NCBI GenBank assembly: GCA_043809645.1
Contig: JBDROX010000044.1
Location: 767-64,766, forward strand
Source of the DNA: Candidatus Magasanikiibacteriota bacterium
GTDB taxonomy: Bacteria > Patescibacteriota > Patescibacteriia > Magasanikbacterales > UBA922
Reading direction: 5' to 3'
Length of the DNA: 64,000 nucleotides
The position numbers were made by a program, and so were the translations under genes. The notes under the pieces were generated by a model. The model ran no database searches and was not told the DNA's origin. It worked only from the letters and a program-made list of their open reading frames with translations. Below are positions 51,185-59,156 of this stretch, piece after piece; position 1 is the stretch's first letter, and each line of letters begins with the position of its first letter.

Positions 51185-51778
51185 ATGAATACAAAAACAG
51201 CAGCCGGCATTTCGGCAATTGTTATAGCACTCACAGCAGGGATATTCTCTGTGGCAGCTCTTGGGGATGATCAGGCACCAGAGCAGAGTCAGTCTGGAAA
51301 GGCTTTTCAACAAATGGGGAAAAAGGGGCAGGGGCGTATGATATATAAGGGGCAGAATTCGGAAAATCTTGAAGCAGTCCAGGCTGCGCTAGCTTCTGGT
51401 GACTACACTGCCTGGAAAGATGCTGTGGGAGATAAAGGAATGTCAGAATATGTTACAGAAGAGAATTTTGATCAGTTTGTACAGATACATAATCTCATGA
51501 AATCAGGTGACAAAGATGGGGCAAAGGCTATTGCAGAAGAACTTGGTCTTCCAGAAATAGGTCAAATGAAGGGTGAACATAGAGAAGCTGTGCAGGCTGC
51601 TGTCGAAGCTGGTGACTATGCTGCTTTTCAGGAAGCGGTCGGGGATGGAAAAATGGCAGAAGTTATTATAGAAGAGAACTTTGGTCGGTTCATCGAAATG
51701 CATAACCACATGGACGCAGCCAAAACAATTGCAGAGGAACTCGGTCTTCCACAGCATAGGATGCGTGGACGAAGATAA
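51185..51778 (+). CDS. Secreted protein with two tandem about-60-aa repeats (LEAVQAALASGDYTAWKDAVGD... / REAVQAAVEAGDYAAFQEAVGD...)
   Basis: Signal peptide; internal duplication visible in the translation. Confidence 0.6.
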   Translation: MNTKTAAGISAIVIALTAGIFSVAALGDDQAPEQSQSGKAFQQMGKKGQGRMIYKGQNSENLEAVQAALASGDYTAWKDAVGDKGMSEYVTEENFDQFVQIHNLMKSGDKDGAKAIAEELGLPEIGQMKGEHREAVQAAVEAGDYAAFQEAVGDGKMAEVIIEENFGRFIEMHNHMDAAKTIAEELGLPQHRMRGRR

Positions 51779-51918
51779 CTATATATACCCACAGACAAGC
51801 GCAAAAGCACTGCTCTAAACAAGCGGTGTTTTTGTTTATCCACATATCATTTCTTTGGGTATCAGGATATACTGAATATAATCTATAAAATAGCTTTTTA
51901 TTTACATAAAAAAATATT

Positions 51919-52110
51919 ATGAAAAAATACTTTTTTGTATTTGTAGTCATTCTTTTTATGGGTGCAGGCTGCTCGAGTGCTCCAGAGACCGAAACACATA
52001 CTGATACACTGGGTTCTGATATGGACTCAGAATTAGGCGGGGTGATGGTTGTGGATGAACTATCGAGTGTGGAGGTTAAGGTGAACGTGGTTGGTGAGGA
52101 AGATATGTAA
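51919..52110 (+). CDS. Small putative lipoprotein (63 aa)
   Basis: Signal peptide with lipobox FMGAGC. Confidence 0.45.
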   Translation: MKKYFFVFVVILFMGAGCSSAPETETHTDTLGSDMDSELGGVMVVDELSSVEVKVNVVGEEDM

Positions 52111-52167
52111 GTATTCGAGGTCAGCGGCGCCAGCTTTGCATGGTTGGAAACCTTATCGTAAAATAGT

Positions 52168-52515
52168 ATGAAACATCAACGCCTCGCGACATATCTGATC
52201 CGGCTTGGAATTGCCATTGCTTTTCTTTATGCTGCCGTTGCATCATTCCTTGATCCAGGTTGGATTAATTTCCTTCCTGGATGGTTCATTGACACTGGGT
52301 TTGCTCGGGCATTTCTTATTCTTTTTTCTTTGGCAGAGATTGCACTGTCACTATGGCTGCTTTCTGGAAAGAGAATATATGAGGCTGGCCTTGTCACTGC
52401 AGGAGTTACATTCATTATAGTACTCATCAATTACTCTGCGCTCGATCTCGTCTTCCGTGATATTCCAATCATCTTTGCAGCACTCGCGCTCAGCATTCTT
52501 GAAAAGAAAGAATAA
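52168..52515 (+). CDS. DoxX-family membrane protein
   Basis: Four TM helices; LIRLGIAIAFLYAAVASFLDPGW pattern. Confidence 0.6.
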   Translation: MKHQRLATYLIRLGIAIAFLYAAVASFLDPGWINFLPGWFIDTGFARAFLILFSLAEIALSLWLLSGKRIYEAGLVTAGVTFIIVLINYSALDLVFRDIPIIFAALALSILEKKE

Positions 52516-52520
52516 AGCGT

Positions 52521-52937
52521 ATGTATCTTGTTACTAGTTTTCTTGTTTTGTGTTTTCTTGGGATTATTGATTCTGGGTATTTGTTGTACAAGAGAAAGAA
52601 GAAACATCCACTCGTTTGTCCACTGAACACAGACTGTACCGCAGTCCTCGGGAGTAAGTACAATACATTTCTCGGTGTGCATAATGAAATTTGGGGAGGG
52701 CTTTTTTATCTTACCCTTTTGGCGATGATGATGTCTATCATTCTGGGGTTGTTCAGAGATTACTTCATGGCAATGCTCCTCCCAATGATATCACTTGGGT
52801 TTTTGTATAGTCTATATCTCACAGGTGTGCAGATATTCAAGATAAAAGAGTATTGTTTGTATTGTCTTTTTTCTGCGTTTATTGCGTTTCTGATTCTCTT
52901 GGTTTCTCTGGGCTTGGCAGAGGCTGTGTATAGTTAA
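52521..52937 (+). CDS. Vitamin K epoxide reductase (VKOR)-family protein
   Basis: Loop Cys pair (VCPLNTDC) and TM CxxC (CLYC). Confidence 0.7.
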   Translation: MYLVTSFLVLCFLGIIDSGYLLYKRKKKHPLVCPLNTDCTAVLGSKYNTFLGVHNEIWGGLFYLTLLAMMMSIILGLFRDYFMAMLLPMISLGFLYSLYLTGVQIFKIKEYCLYCLFSAFIAFLILLVSLGLAEAVYS

Positions 52938-53146
52938 TTTTTTGCTGCGTGTAGCGGTAATTATAATAGGCTTTGTTGGTTTTTGTTGGTTTTGATGAAT
53001 ATATGCCTTGACAAATATTTGAAAGCATGCTATTCTATGCCCATCAAAAACAGTGTTGTAAAACAAACAGAGTCGAGTTTGGGTAGATGCTGGATTTGAT
53101 ACATTTCGCCCTAGGCGGAAACATTATTTAGTTGTTTTACAACATT

Positions 53147-53347
53147 ATGCCACAAGGTACTATTGCCAGACTAACCGATAAGGGGTTTGGTTTTATCTCT
53201 CGTGAAGGCGAAGAAAAAGATCTCTTTTTCCACGCTAACGAGCTTGTAGACGTAGAGTACAACGATCTTCGTGAAGGAGATACAGTTGAATTCGAAGTTG
53301 AAGAAGGTCCAAAAGGTCTGAACGCTGTTCAGGTCAAGAAAGCCTAA
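53147..53347 (+). CDS. Cold-shock protein (CspA family)
   Basis: GFGFI and FFHANEL RNA-binding motifs. Confidence 0.9.
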   Translation: MPQGTIARLTDKGFGFISREGEEKDLFFHANELVDVEYNDLREGDTVEFEVEEGPKGLNAVQVKKA

Positions 53348-53360
53348 CTTTTTTTACAAG

Positions 53361-53396
53361 AAAAACACCCGCCATCAGGCGGGTGTTTTATTTTTC
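53361..53396 (+). terminator. Terminator A5-CACCCGCC-atcag-GCGGGTG-T10
   Basis: 8-bp GC-rich stem plus T-run. Confidence 0.8.
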
Positions 53397-53524
53397 TAAA
53401 AATTGCCGGCGAAGCCGGTGTGTGTACGTTCGGAGGCAAGGCTGTACACTAAAACCGCCCTGCCAGCATCGCTGGCAAATACAAAATCATTGGCTATTTG
53501 CTGTCAGTCGTTTTTTGTTACTTA

Positions 53525-53553
53525 TTGACAATATGGTATATATATGGTATACT
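53525..53553 (+). promoter_or_regulatory. Near-consensus sigma70 promoter TTGACA-N17-TATACT
   Basis: Perfect -35, 17-nt spacer, 5/6 -10; 24 nt upstream of the kinase-like ORF start. Confidence 0.55.
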
Positions 53554-53576
53554 TTTTTGTTTTTAATAAACTTCAT

Positions 53577-54791
53577 ATGAGAAGCAGTATTGAAATGTGG
53601 AACTCTGAGGATATCCAAGGGCAAGATCTAGAAAAAAGTGTCTTGAACAAAGATGCTGTTTCTCGTGAGGAAATTCGTAATTATGCAAAGATGATTGCTG
53701 AGGAATTCAAATCAGAAGCTCTTGGAAAAGAAGAGAAAAGGTTGCTCGCACTGGATATGCTTGGCAAAGACAGAATGCTCCGCAGGTTGGATACATCGCA
53801 AGTAGATCTCAGCGGTCTTTCTGAAGAAGAAATGGAATCAGCACTAAAGCCGATTCGTGAAGCGTTGCTCGAAGAGCTTTCAAATCATTTGGAATCGGAT
53901 GAGTTTGCTTTGATAAAAAGAGATATTGCCAATAGTAAATTGGAAACAGGTGAACAACATCTCGAACAAACAAGGAAGCTTGACGATAAAAAGGGTCCAA
54001 TGAATGCAAATAGAATTGCAGAGCTTTTGCGGCCGAAATCGAAAAGAAATAGAGAGCAGGTGTATCGTACTGGTGTGCTATATGAAGATGCAAAGATCGA
54101 AACCAAGCAAGCCATCACTCATGCACATGAGATACTTGCCCATGCTCAAGAACAGGAAAAAGAAAACAATGGCCATTATTTTTCTGGTGTTATACAGGAA
54201 GAGAGATTTGATCCTATTTCTGGAGAGAGTGTGGTCCGAAAGATCGAGATGAGTGATATGAGTGATTTGATTATGAATGAAGCAGAAAATGGACCGGGTC
54301 CGCAAGAGGCCTCTCATATTTTGAAGTTATTTTCTGATGCAATAGAAGCTTGTGCTTGGCTCGAGGAAAAAGGGCTTATGCTAGAAGATATTAAGCCAGC
54401 AAATATTGGGTTGACTGAAGATGCACGAGGAAATAAGCGAGTTATCTTTCATGATTTGGATGGTCTCCATCCAATTGGAACAAAAGATCGTCTTGCTACA
54501 TATTCTGGTGGTGGTTTTGAGCCCCCAGAATTTGAAAACAGAGAGATGCCTATAACAAGCGCCAAAAAAATGGTTTTTCAACTTGGTGTGTCTATGTTGT
54601 ATACGTTTAGGCTGAAAAAGCAGAGCTTTTCTGAACATGTGCCAAGGGATACTTACATTAAAATTTTAGATTTGGTTCAAGAAATGGTGGAACGACGTCG
54701 TCACCAGCGTCCAGATTTGAAACAATGTAAATCACAAATTGATGCGTTGATTGAAGAGATAGGGATAGAAGGGTTACAGCTTGCTGCTTAA
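53577..54791 (+). CDS. Atypical protein-kinase-fold protein (start taken at MRSSIEMW, downstream of the promoter)
   Basis: C-terminal half has catalytic-loop-like LEDIKPANIGL and DFG-like IFHDLDG; long coiled N-terminal region. Confidence 0.45.
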   Translation: MRSSIEMWNSEDIQGQDLEKSVLNKDAVSREEIRNYAKMIAEEFKSEALGKEEKRLLALDMLGKDRMLRRLDTSQVDLSGLSEEEMESALKPIREALLEELSNHLESDEFALIKRDIANSKLETGEQHLEQTRKLDDKKGPMNANRIAELLRPKSKRNREQVYRTGVLYEDAKIETKQAITHAHEILAHAQEQEKENNGHYFSGVIQEERFDPISGESVVRKIEMSDMSDLIMNEAENGPGPQEASHILKLFSDAIEACAWLEEKGLMLEDIKPANIGLTEDARGNKRVIFHDLDGLHPIGTKDRLATYSGGGFEPPEFENREMPITSAKKMVFQLGVSMLYTFRLKKQSFSEHVPRDTYIKILDLVQEMVERRRHQRPDLKQCKSQIDALIEEIGIEGLQLAA

Positions 54792-54805
54792 TGTTATTTT
54801 TTTAA

Positions 54806-54832
54806 ACTCGCCATATCGGCGGGTTTTTTTAT
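54806..54832 (+). terminator. Terminator CTCGCC-atat-cGGCGGG-T7
   Basis: Stem-loop plus T-run. Confidence 0.75.
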
Positions 54833-54920
54833 ATTCAAAAAGTGTGGGAGAGCAGATATCCACAGATATTTTGATAAGGTACCTTGTAATGCATAGGACT
54901 GTGTGATATAGTCGGGATAT

Positions 54921-55277
54921 ATGAAAGAACAAACATACAATGTAGAGAATACGAGAGCACAGATGCGGAAGGGTACTTTGGATATTTCTATACTACTCAT
55001 CATCTCGGAGGGACGTGTCTACGCTGGGGAGATCATCACAAAATTGATAGATGCCAATATCATGGTGGTAGAAGGAACTCTCTATCCGCTCCTCAGTAGA
55101 CTGAAGAGAATAGGGCTGGTGAGCTACGAGTGGAAGGAGTCCAAAGTAGGGCCACCAAGAAAATATTATTTTTTGACTGCAGAGGGAAAAAATGTTCTCA
55201 AGAGACTTTGCAAAACTTGGACAGAATTCAATAAGTCTATAAATACGTTAATAAAGAAATATGAAAAAAGTAATTAG
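54921..55277 (+). CDS. PadR-family transcriptional regulator
   Basis: GTLYPLLSRLKRIGLV ... RKYYFLTAEG. Confidence 0.85.
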   Translation: MKEQTYNVENTRAQMRKGTLDISILLIISEGRVYAGEIITKLIDANIMVVEGTLYPLLSRLKRIGLVSYEWKESKVGPPRKYYFLTAEGKNVLKRLCKTWTEFNKSINTLIKKYEKSN

Positions 55278-57414
55278 TATAACGCTTGGCAGCGTGGTGT
55301 ATAGCATGGAGGAGGATGCGTATAAAAAATTGAATACATATCTGGAAGATATCCGGAACAATCTCGCAGGCTCTGATGACAAAGACGAGATTATAGATGA
55401 CATAGAGAGTAGTATTTCAGAAAAGTTTTTTTCAAAAGATAGAGACGAGAAGACTGCCGTGACTATCGAGGATGTGGATGAGGTGATGACAGAGCTCGGT
55501 TCTGTAGACGATATTACTTCCGACGAGCCTGAAGAGGAAAAGAAAAAGACAAATAAAACTACAGACAAAGATACAGCGCATCGTAGAATGTATAGAAATC
55601 CAGACGACAAGATTCTCGGCGGAGTCGCATCTGGCATTGCAGCCTATCTCGGGATGGACGTCCTGCTCATGAGGGTGATCTTCATTGTGCTCGCGCTCCT
55701 TCCAGGTCCTGCTATTATTATATATATTATTCTATGGATTCTCATCCCAGAGGCAGAGACAGGGTCACAGAAATTGGAAATGAAGGGTGAGCCAGTGAAC
55801 CTGAATACACTCCGGGATAATATTGAAGATGGCATAGAAAAATTAAAAAAAAAAGACAAAAGCACGTTGCGTAAAATAGCATCTGTGCCAGTAGAGATCG
55901 TTCGCATAGTTAGTAAATTTGTAATCAAAATTTTTGCAATGATTATTCCGTTCATTCGGATCATCGTAGGATTGTCTCTAATAGTCGCAGGTGGCATAGC
56001 TGTAGCAGCTGTGGTTCTAGGGGCACTTGCCCTCCTATTTGGTACTGGCCTCGATGCATTTGGTTTGGTGGGACAAGCAAATTTGTCACAGATATTTAGC
56101 TCGCGGCTAGAATGGTTCATCTTCGTAATATCGGTCGCCATGGTTGCCGTCATTCCACTCTTCCTCCTCCTCATTTCTGGAGCGGGATTGGTTGGAAAGA
56201 AGAACCCCTATACTATTGGTGGAACCATTGGGATGTTCTTTGTGTGGATAGCAGCTATCATCATTACAGCATTCATCGGCATGCAGTACGCACCGAGAAT
56301 CGTGGACGAAATTTCAAACAGACGGGAAGCTACAGAGGATCTGTCACTCGCAGAAGAGAGGAGTTATTTGGCTCTCGATCCGTTTGATAAGGTAGAATTT
56401 TCAGATGGTAATATCAAGGTCATGATAAAGAATGGGGAAAAGCATGAGGTCTACCTTCGCTCGAACCAGGATATTGATAAAAATATTTCTGTGATCTCGA
56501 AGAACAATAGACTAAAAATCAAACAAGTAAGGAATTTTGACATCTGTATTTTTTGGAGTTGTTTTTCTAGGCAGCCGATCCAGGTCGTCGTAGTTACTCC
56601 TGACCTCCATGAATTTTCTTCGAGTGGTGAGGTAGAGGGGGTAATAGAAAAATTTGATACAGACGAATTGAAAATTGATTCTAGCGGCTCGCTACGGTTG
56701 GTCGCAGATATTTATACAAATTTTCTGGAGATAGATAGCTCTGGTAGTAGTGATATTGTTCTGCTGGGCACTGCAGGAGATCTAGAATTCAACCTCAGTG
56801 GTTCTTCGAAAATACATGGATATGGTCTAGTGACTCAGAGTGCAAAGGTACAATCCTCTGGATCTTCAAAGGTGAAGCTGAATGTTGATGCGAATTTAGA
56901 GGTAGATATTAGTGGGTATGGAGATGTCGAATATCTAGGACAGCCATTGGTGGATGAGAATATTTCTGGAGCTGGCAAGGTCTCGCAGGTGTCACAGAGC
57001 AGCGCTGTGTCAGACACGTCTCTTGATTATATCTATGAGTTGTTTACAGATTTTGATTATTTGTCTGGTAGTGCTGATATGGTGGGGGTAGAAGTTGAGA
57101 TTGAGGAGGCCACTACCAGTACGGCAGATTTGATCGGACAATCTTGTGAGAATTCTACAGACTGCCGTCTGCCAATGGAGTATGCTGTTCAGTCGAATTG
57201 TCCTTATCGTGCGGCATGTATGGATGGAACCTGCATGGTGGTGTGTCCGCTGTGGGAGCATTCTCCGGATCCAGAGGAAAGCGTGAGCTATCCTACGCTC
57301 TGCACTGAATCGTCGGATTGTGATTGTTCTGGTTGGGATCAGGAAAGTCGATATTCATGTGAATGTGTAGATGGTGGGTGTGCTTCGGTAGTTAGTTCAG
57401 AGGATACTTTTTAG
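55261..57414 (+). CDS. PspC-domain membrane protein with extracellular toastrack/DUF4097-like repeats and Cys-rich C-terminal tail
   Basis: PspC motif (MYRNPDDKILGGVASGIAAYLGMDVLLMRVIFIVLAL); repeated DxSGSS beta-strand motifs; eleven Cys in the last 90 aa. Confidence 0.7.
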   Translation: MKKVISITLGSVVYSMEEDAYKKLNTYLEDIRNNLAGSDDKDEIIDDIESSISEKFFSKDRDEKTAVTIEDVDEVMTELGSVDDITSDEPEEEKKKTNKTTDKDTAHRRMYRNPDDKILGGVASGIAAYLGMDVLLMRVIFIVLALLPGPAIIIYIILWILIPEAETGSQKLEMKGEPVNLNTLRDNIEDGIEKLKKKDKSTLRKIASVPVEIVRIVSKFVIKIFAMIIPFIRIIVGLSLIVAGGIAVAAVVLGALALLFGTGLDAFGLVGQANLSQIFSSRLEWFIFVISVAMVAVIPLFLLLISGAGLVGKKNPYTIGGTIGMFFVWIAAIIITAFIGMQYAPRIVDEISNRREATEDLSLAEERSYLALDPFDKVEFSDGNIKVMIKNGEKHEVYLRSNQDIDKNISVISKNNRLKIKQVRNFDICIFWSCFSRQPIQVVVVTPDLHEFSSSGEVEGVIEKFDTDELKIDSSGSLRLVADIYTNFLEIDSSGSSDIVLLGTAGDLEFNLSGSSKIHGYGLVTQSAKVQSSGSSKVKLNVDANLEVDISGYGDVEYLGQPLVDENISGAGKVSQVSQSSAVSDTSLDYIYELFTDFDYLSGSADMVGVEVEIEEATTSTADLIGQSCENSTDCRLPMEYAVQSNCPYRAACMDGTCMVVCPLWEHSPDPEESVSYPTLCTESSDCDCSGWDQESRYSCECVDGGCASVVSSEDTF

Positions 57415-57454
57415 ACTTTTTATTCATAGAGTTGGGAACATGTGATATCTTGTT

Positions 57455-57488
57455 AAAAAATTCGCCATATTGGCGGTTTTTTTTATTT
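57455..57488 (+). terminator. Terminator A6-TTCGCCA-tat-TGGCGG-T9
   Basis: Stem-loop plus T-run. Confidence 0.75.
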
Positions 57489-57536
57489 TGTAGGCATCCT
57501 CTTTTGGTGATATAGTATCTTTATAAAAAATGTAGT

Positions 57537-59156
57537 ATGTCACAGATATTTACCATTTGGTTTTTTCCACTAGTGTTTGTGTTTGGATCAGTTTTTTTTG
57601 TCTTTGTTATCTGGTGGCTTATTCGCCACGGGAGGGCTATTGCAAAAGTTTTTTTGTCCATTGGAAAATCAATTGTAGTTGCAGTCAAAAAAAATCCTGA
57701 GGTAAAAAAAATAAATAATAGGTATCCCAGAATCATTCATTTTTTTCAAAATTGTTTCAACAAAAAGCATTTTTTTGGTTGGCCAATGACATGGCTGATT
57801 ATTGTGCTATTTTTTTTACTCCTGCACCTCTTTGGGGTTACACAGTCAGTGCTTGATTCTGGACTCGTGGTTGGGGCAGATATTCGTATCGCACAATTGA
57901 TGGCCGTGTTCCGTTCGGCACAATTTACCAATATCTTTTTGTGGGTAACACTCCTTGGGAGTTGGCAGCTCATCGTTGCTGGCGGGTTGGTAGTTGGGCT
58001 CGTGTTGTGGGCAAGAGGAAGAAAGATATATATTGGAGCTCTGTACCTGGGACTTCTGGCCTGCTCGGTAACCGTATATCTGGGAAAGATCATGATCCAT
58101 CGAGATCGTTCACTATTATCTTTTTATGATGAATCATCGTTTTCTTTTCCCAGTGGGCATGCCGCCATGTCGATGATGCTCTATGGTTTTGTTGCGTATG
58201 CTCTTTTGAAATATCTTCGTTCAAAAAAAATGCAAAGTCTTGCTCTGTTGGCAGGGATATGTGTGGTTGGATTGGTTGGTTTTAGTCGTATCTATCTTTG
58301 TGTCCATTATATCAGTGATGTGTGGGCTGGATATATATTGGGACTATTTTGGCTCATCAGTTCTATTGGGCTTGTTTCATATCTGAAATCCAAAAATCTT
58401 CCGCAATGGCTGGAGCATAAAAAAATGCATCCAAAGAGTAAACAGACCGCGCGCATTCTTCTGGCGATTTATCTTGTTGCATATATTGGGATTGGTTTGC
58501 AGTACGATCCACACCTCACTGTTGCGGAACATGTGCTTGCTCGTATGGTGGCTGCAGAGAATATCCCTTCTCTTTTTCCAGAATCACTTCCTCAATTTTC
58601 AGAAACGTTGACTGGCATGGCACAGGAGCCATTGAGTTTTGTAGTGATTACAAAGGACATGAATGGACTTCTCAGTGCAATGAAATCAGCGGGCTGGTAC
58701 ACCGCAGATACGGTCACGCCTGCTACAACCTGGCAAGCACTCAAAAGCGCAATAAAGAATGAGTCATATGTGAGTGCGCCGATGACCCCATCATTTTGGA
58801 ATGCGCAGGTTCATAGTGTTGGTTTTGAGCAACCAACAGAGACACAGACATTTCGTCAGCGTCATCACACCAGATTTTGGGATACTGGGTACGAAACAGC
58901 ATTTGGAGAGAAGATTTTTGTGGCCACAGCAAGCCTGGATCAGGGCATCAAGTGGGGGATTACACATGCAATTAATCCTGATATCGACACGGAACGAGAA
59001 TTTTTGTTTTCTTCTCTTCAATCTGCAGGGCGCATCATATCGAGTGAAAAAATTCAATTTATCGCGCCACGACTCGGCACCAATTTTGCTGGGGATCCTT
59101 TTTTTACCGATGGCAAGGTGTATGTGCTGCACCTTGTGGCAGAGTCGTCTTCTTAA
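57537..59156 (+). CDS. PAP2-family phosphatase fused to LssY-C-like domain
   Basis: PAP2 motifs (PSGH, SRIYLCVHYISD); C-terminal FRQRHHTRFW...VATASLDQGIKWGITHAINPDIDTERE typical of LssY_C. Confidence 0.7.
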   Translation: MSQIFTIWFFPLVFVFGSVFFVFVIWWLIRHGRAIAKVFLSIGKSIVVAVKKNPEVKKINNRYPRIIHFFQNCFNKKHFFGWPMTWLIIVLFFLLLHLFGVTQSVLDSGLVVGADIRIAQLMAVFRSAQFTNIFLWVTLLGSWQLIVAGGLVVGLVLWARGRKIYIGALYLGLLACSVTVYLGKIMIHRDRSLLSFYDESSFSFPSGHAAMSMMLYGFVAYALLKYLRSKKMQSLALLAGICVVGLVGFSRIYLCVHYISDVWAGYILGLFWLISSIGLVSYLKSKNLPQWLEHKKMHPKSKQTARILLAIYLVAYIGIGLQYDPHLTVAEHVLARMVAAENIPSLFPESLPQFSETLTGMAQEPLSFVVITKDMNGLLSAMKSAGWYTADTVTPATTWQALKSAIKNESYVSAPMTPSFWNAQVHSVGFEQPTETQTFRQRHHTRFWDTGYETAFGEKIFVATASLDQGIKWGITHAINPDIDTEREFLFSSLQSAGRIISSEKIQFIAPRLGTNFAGDPFFTDGKVYVLHLVAESSS

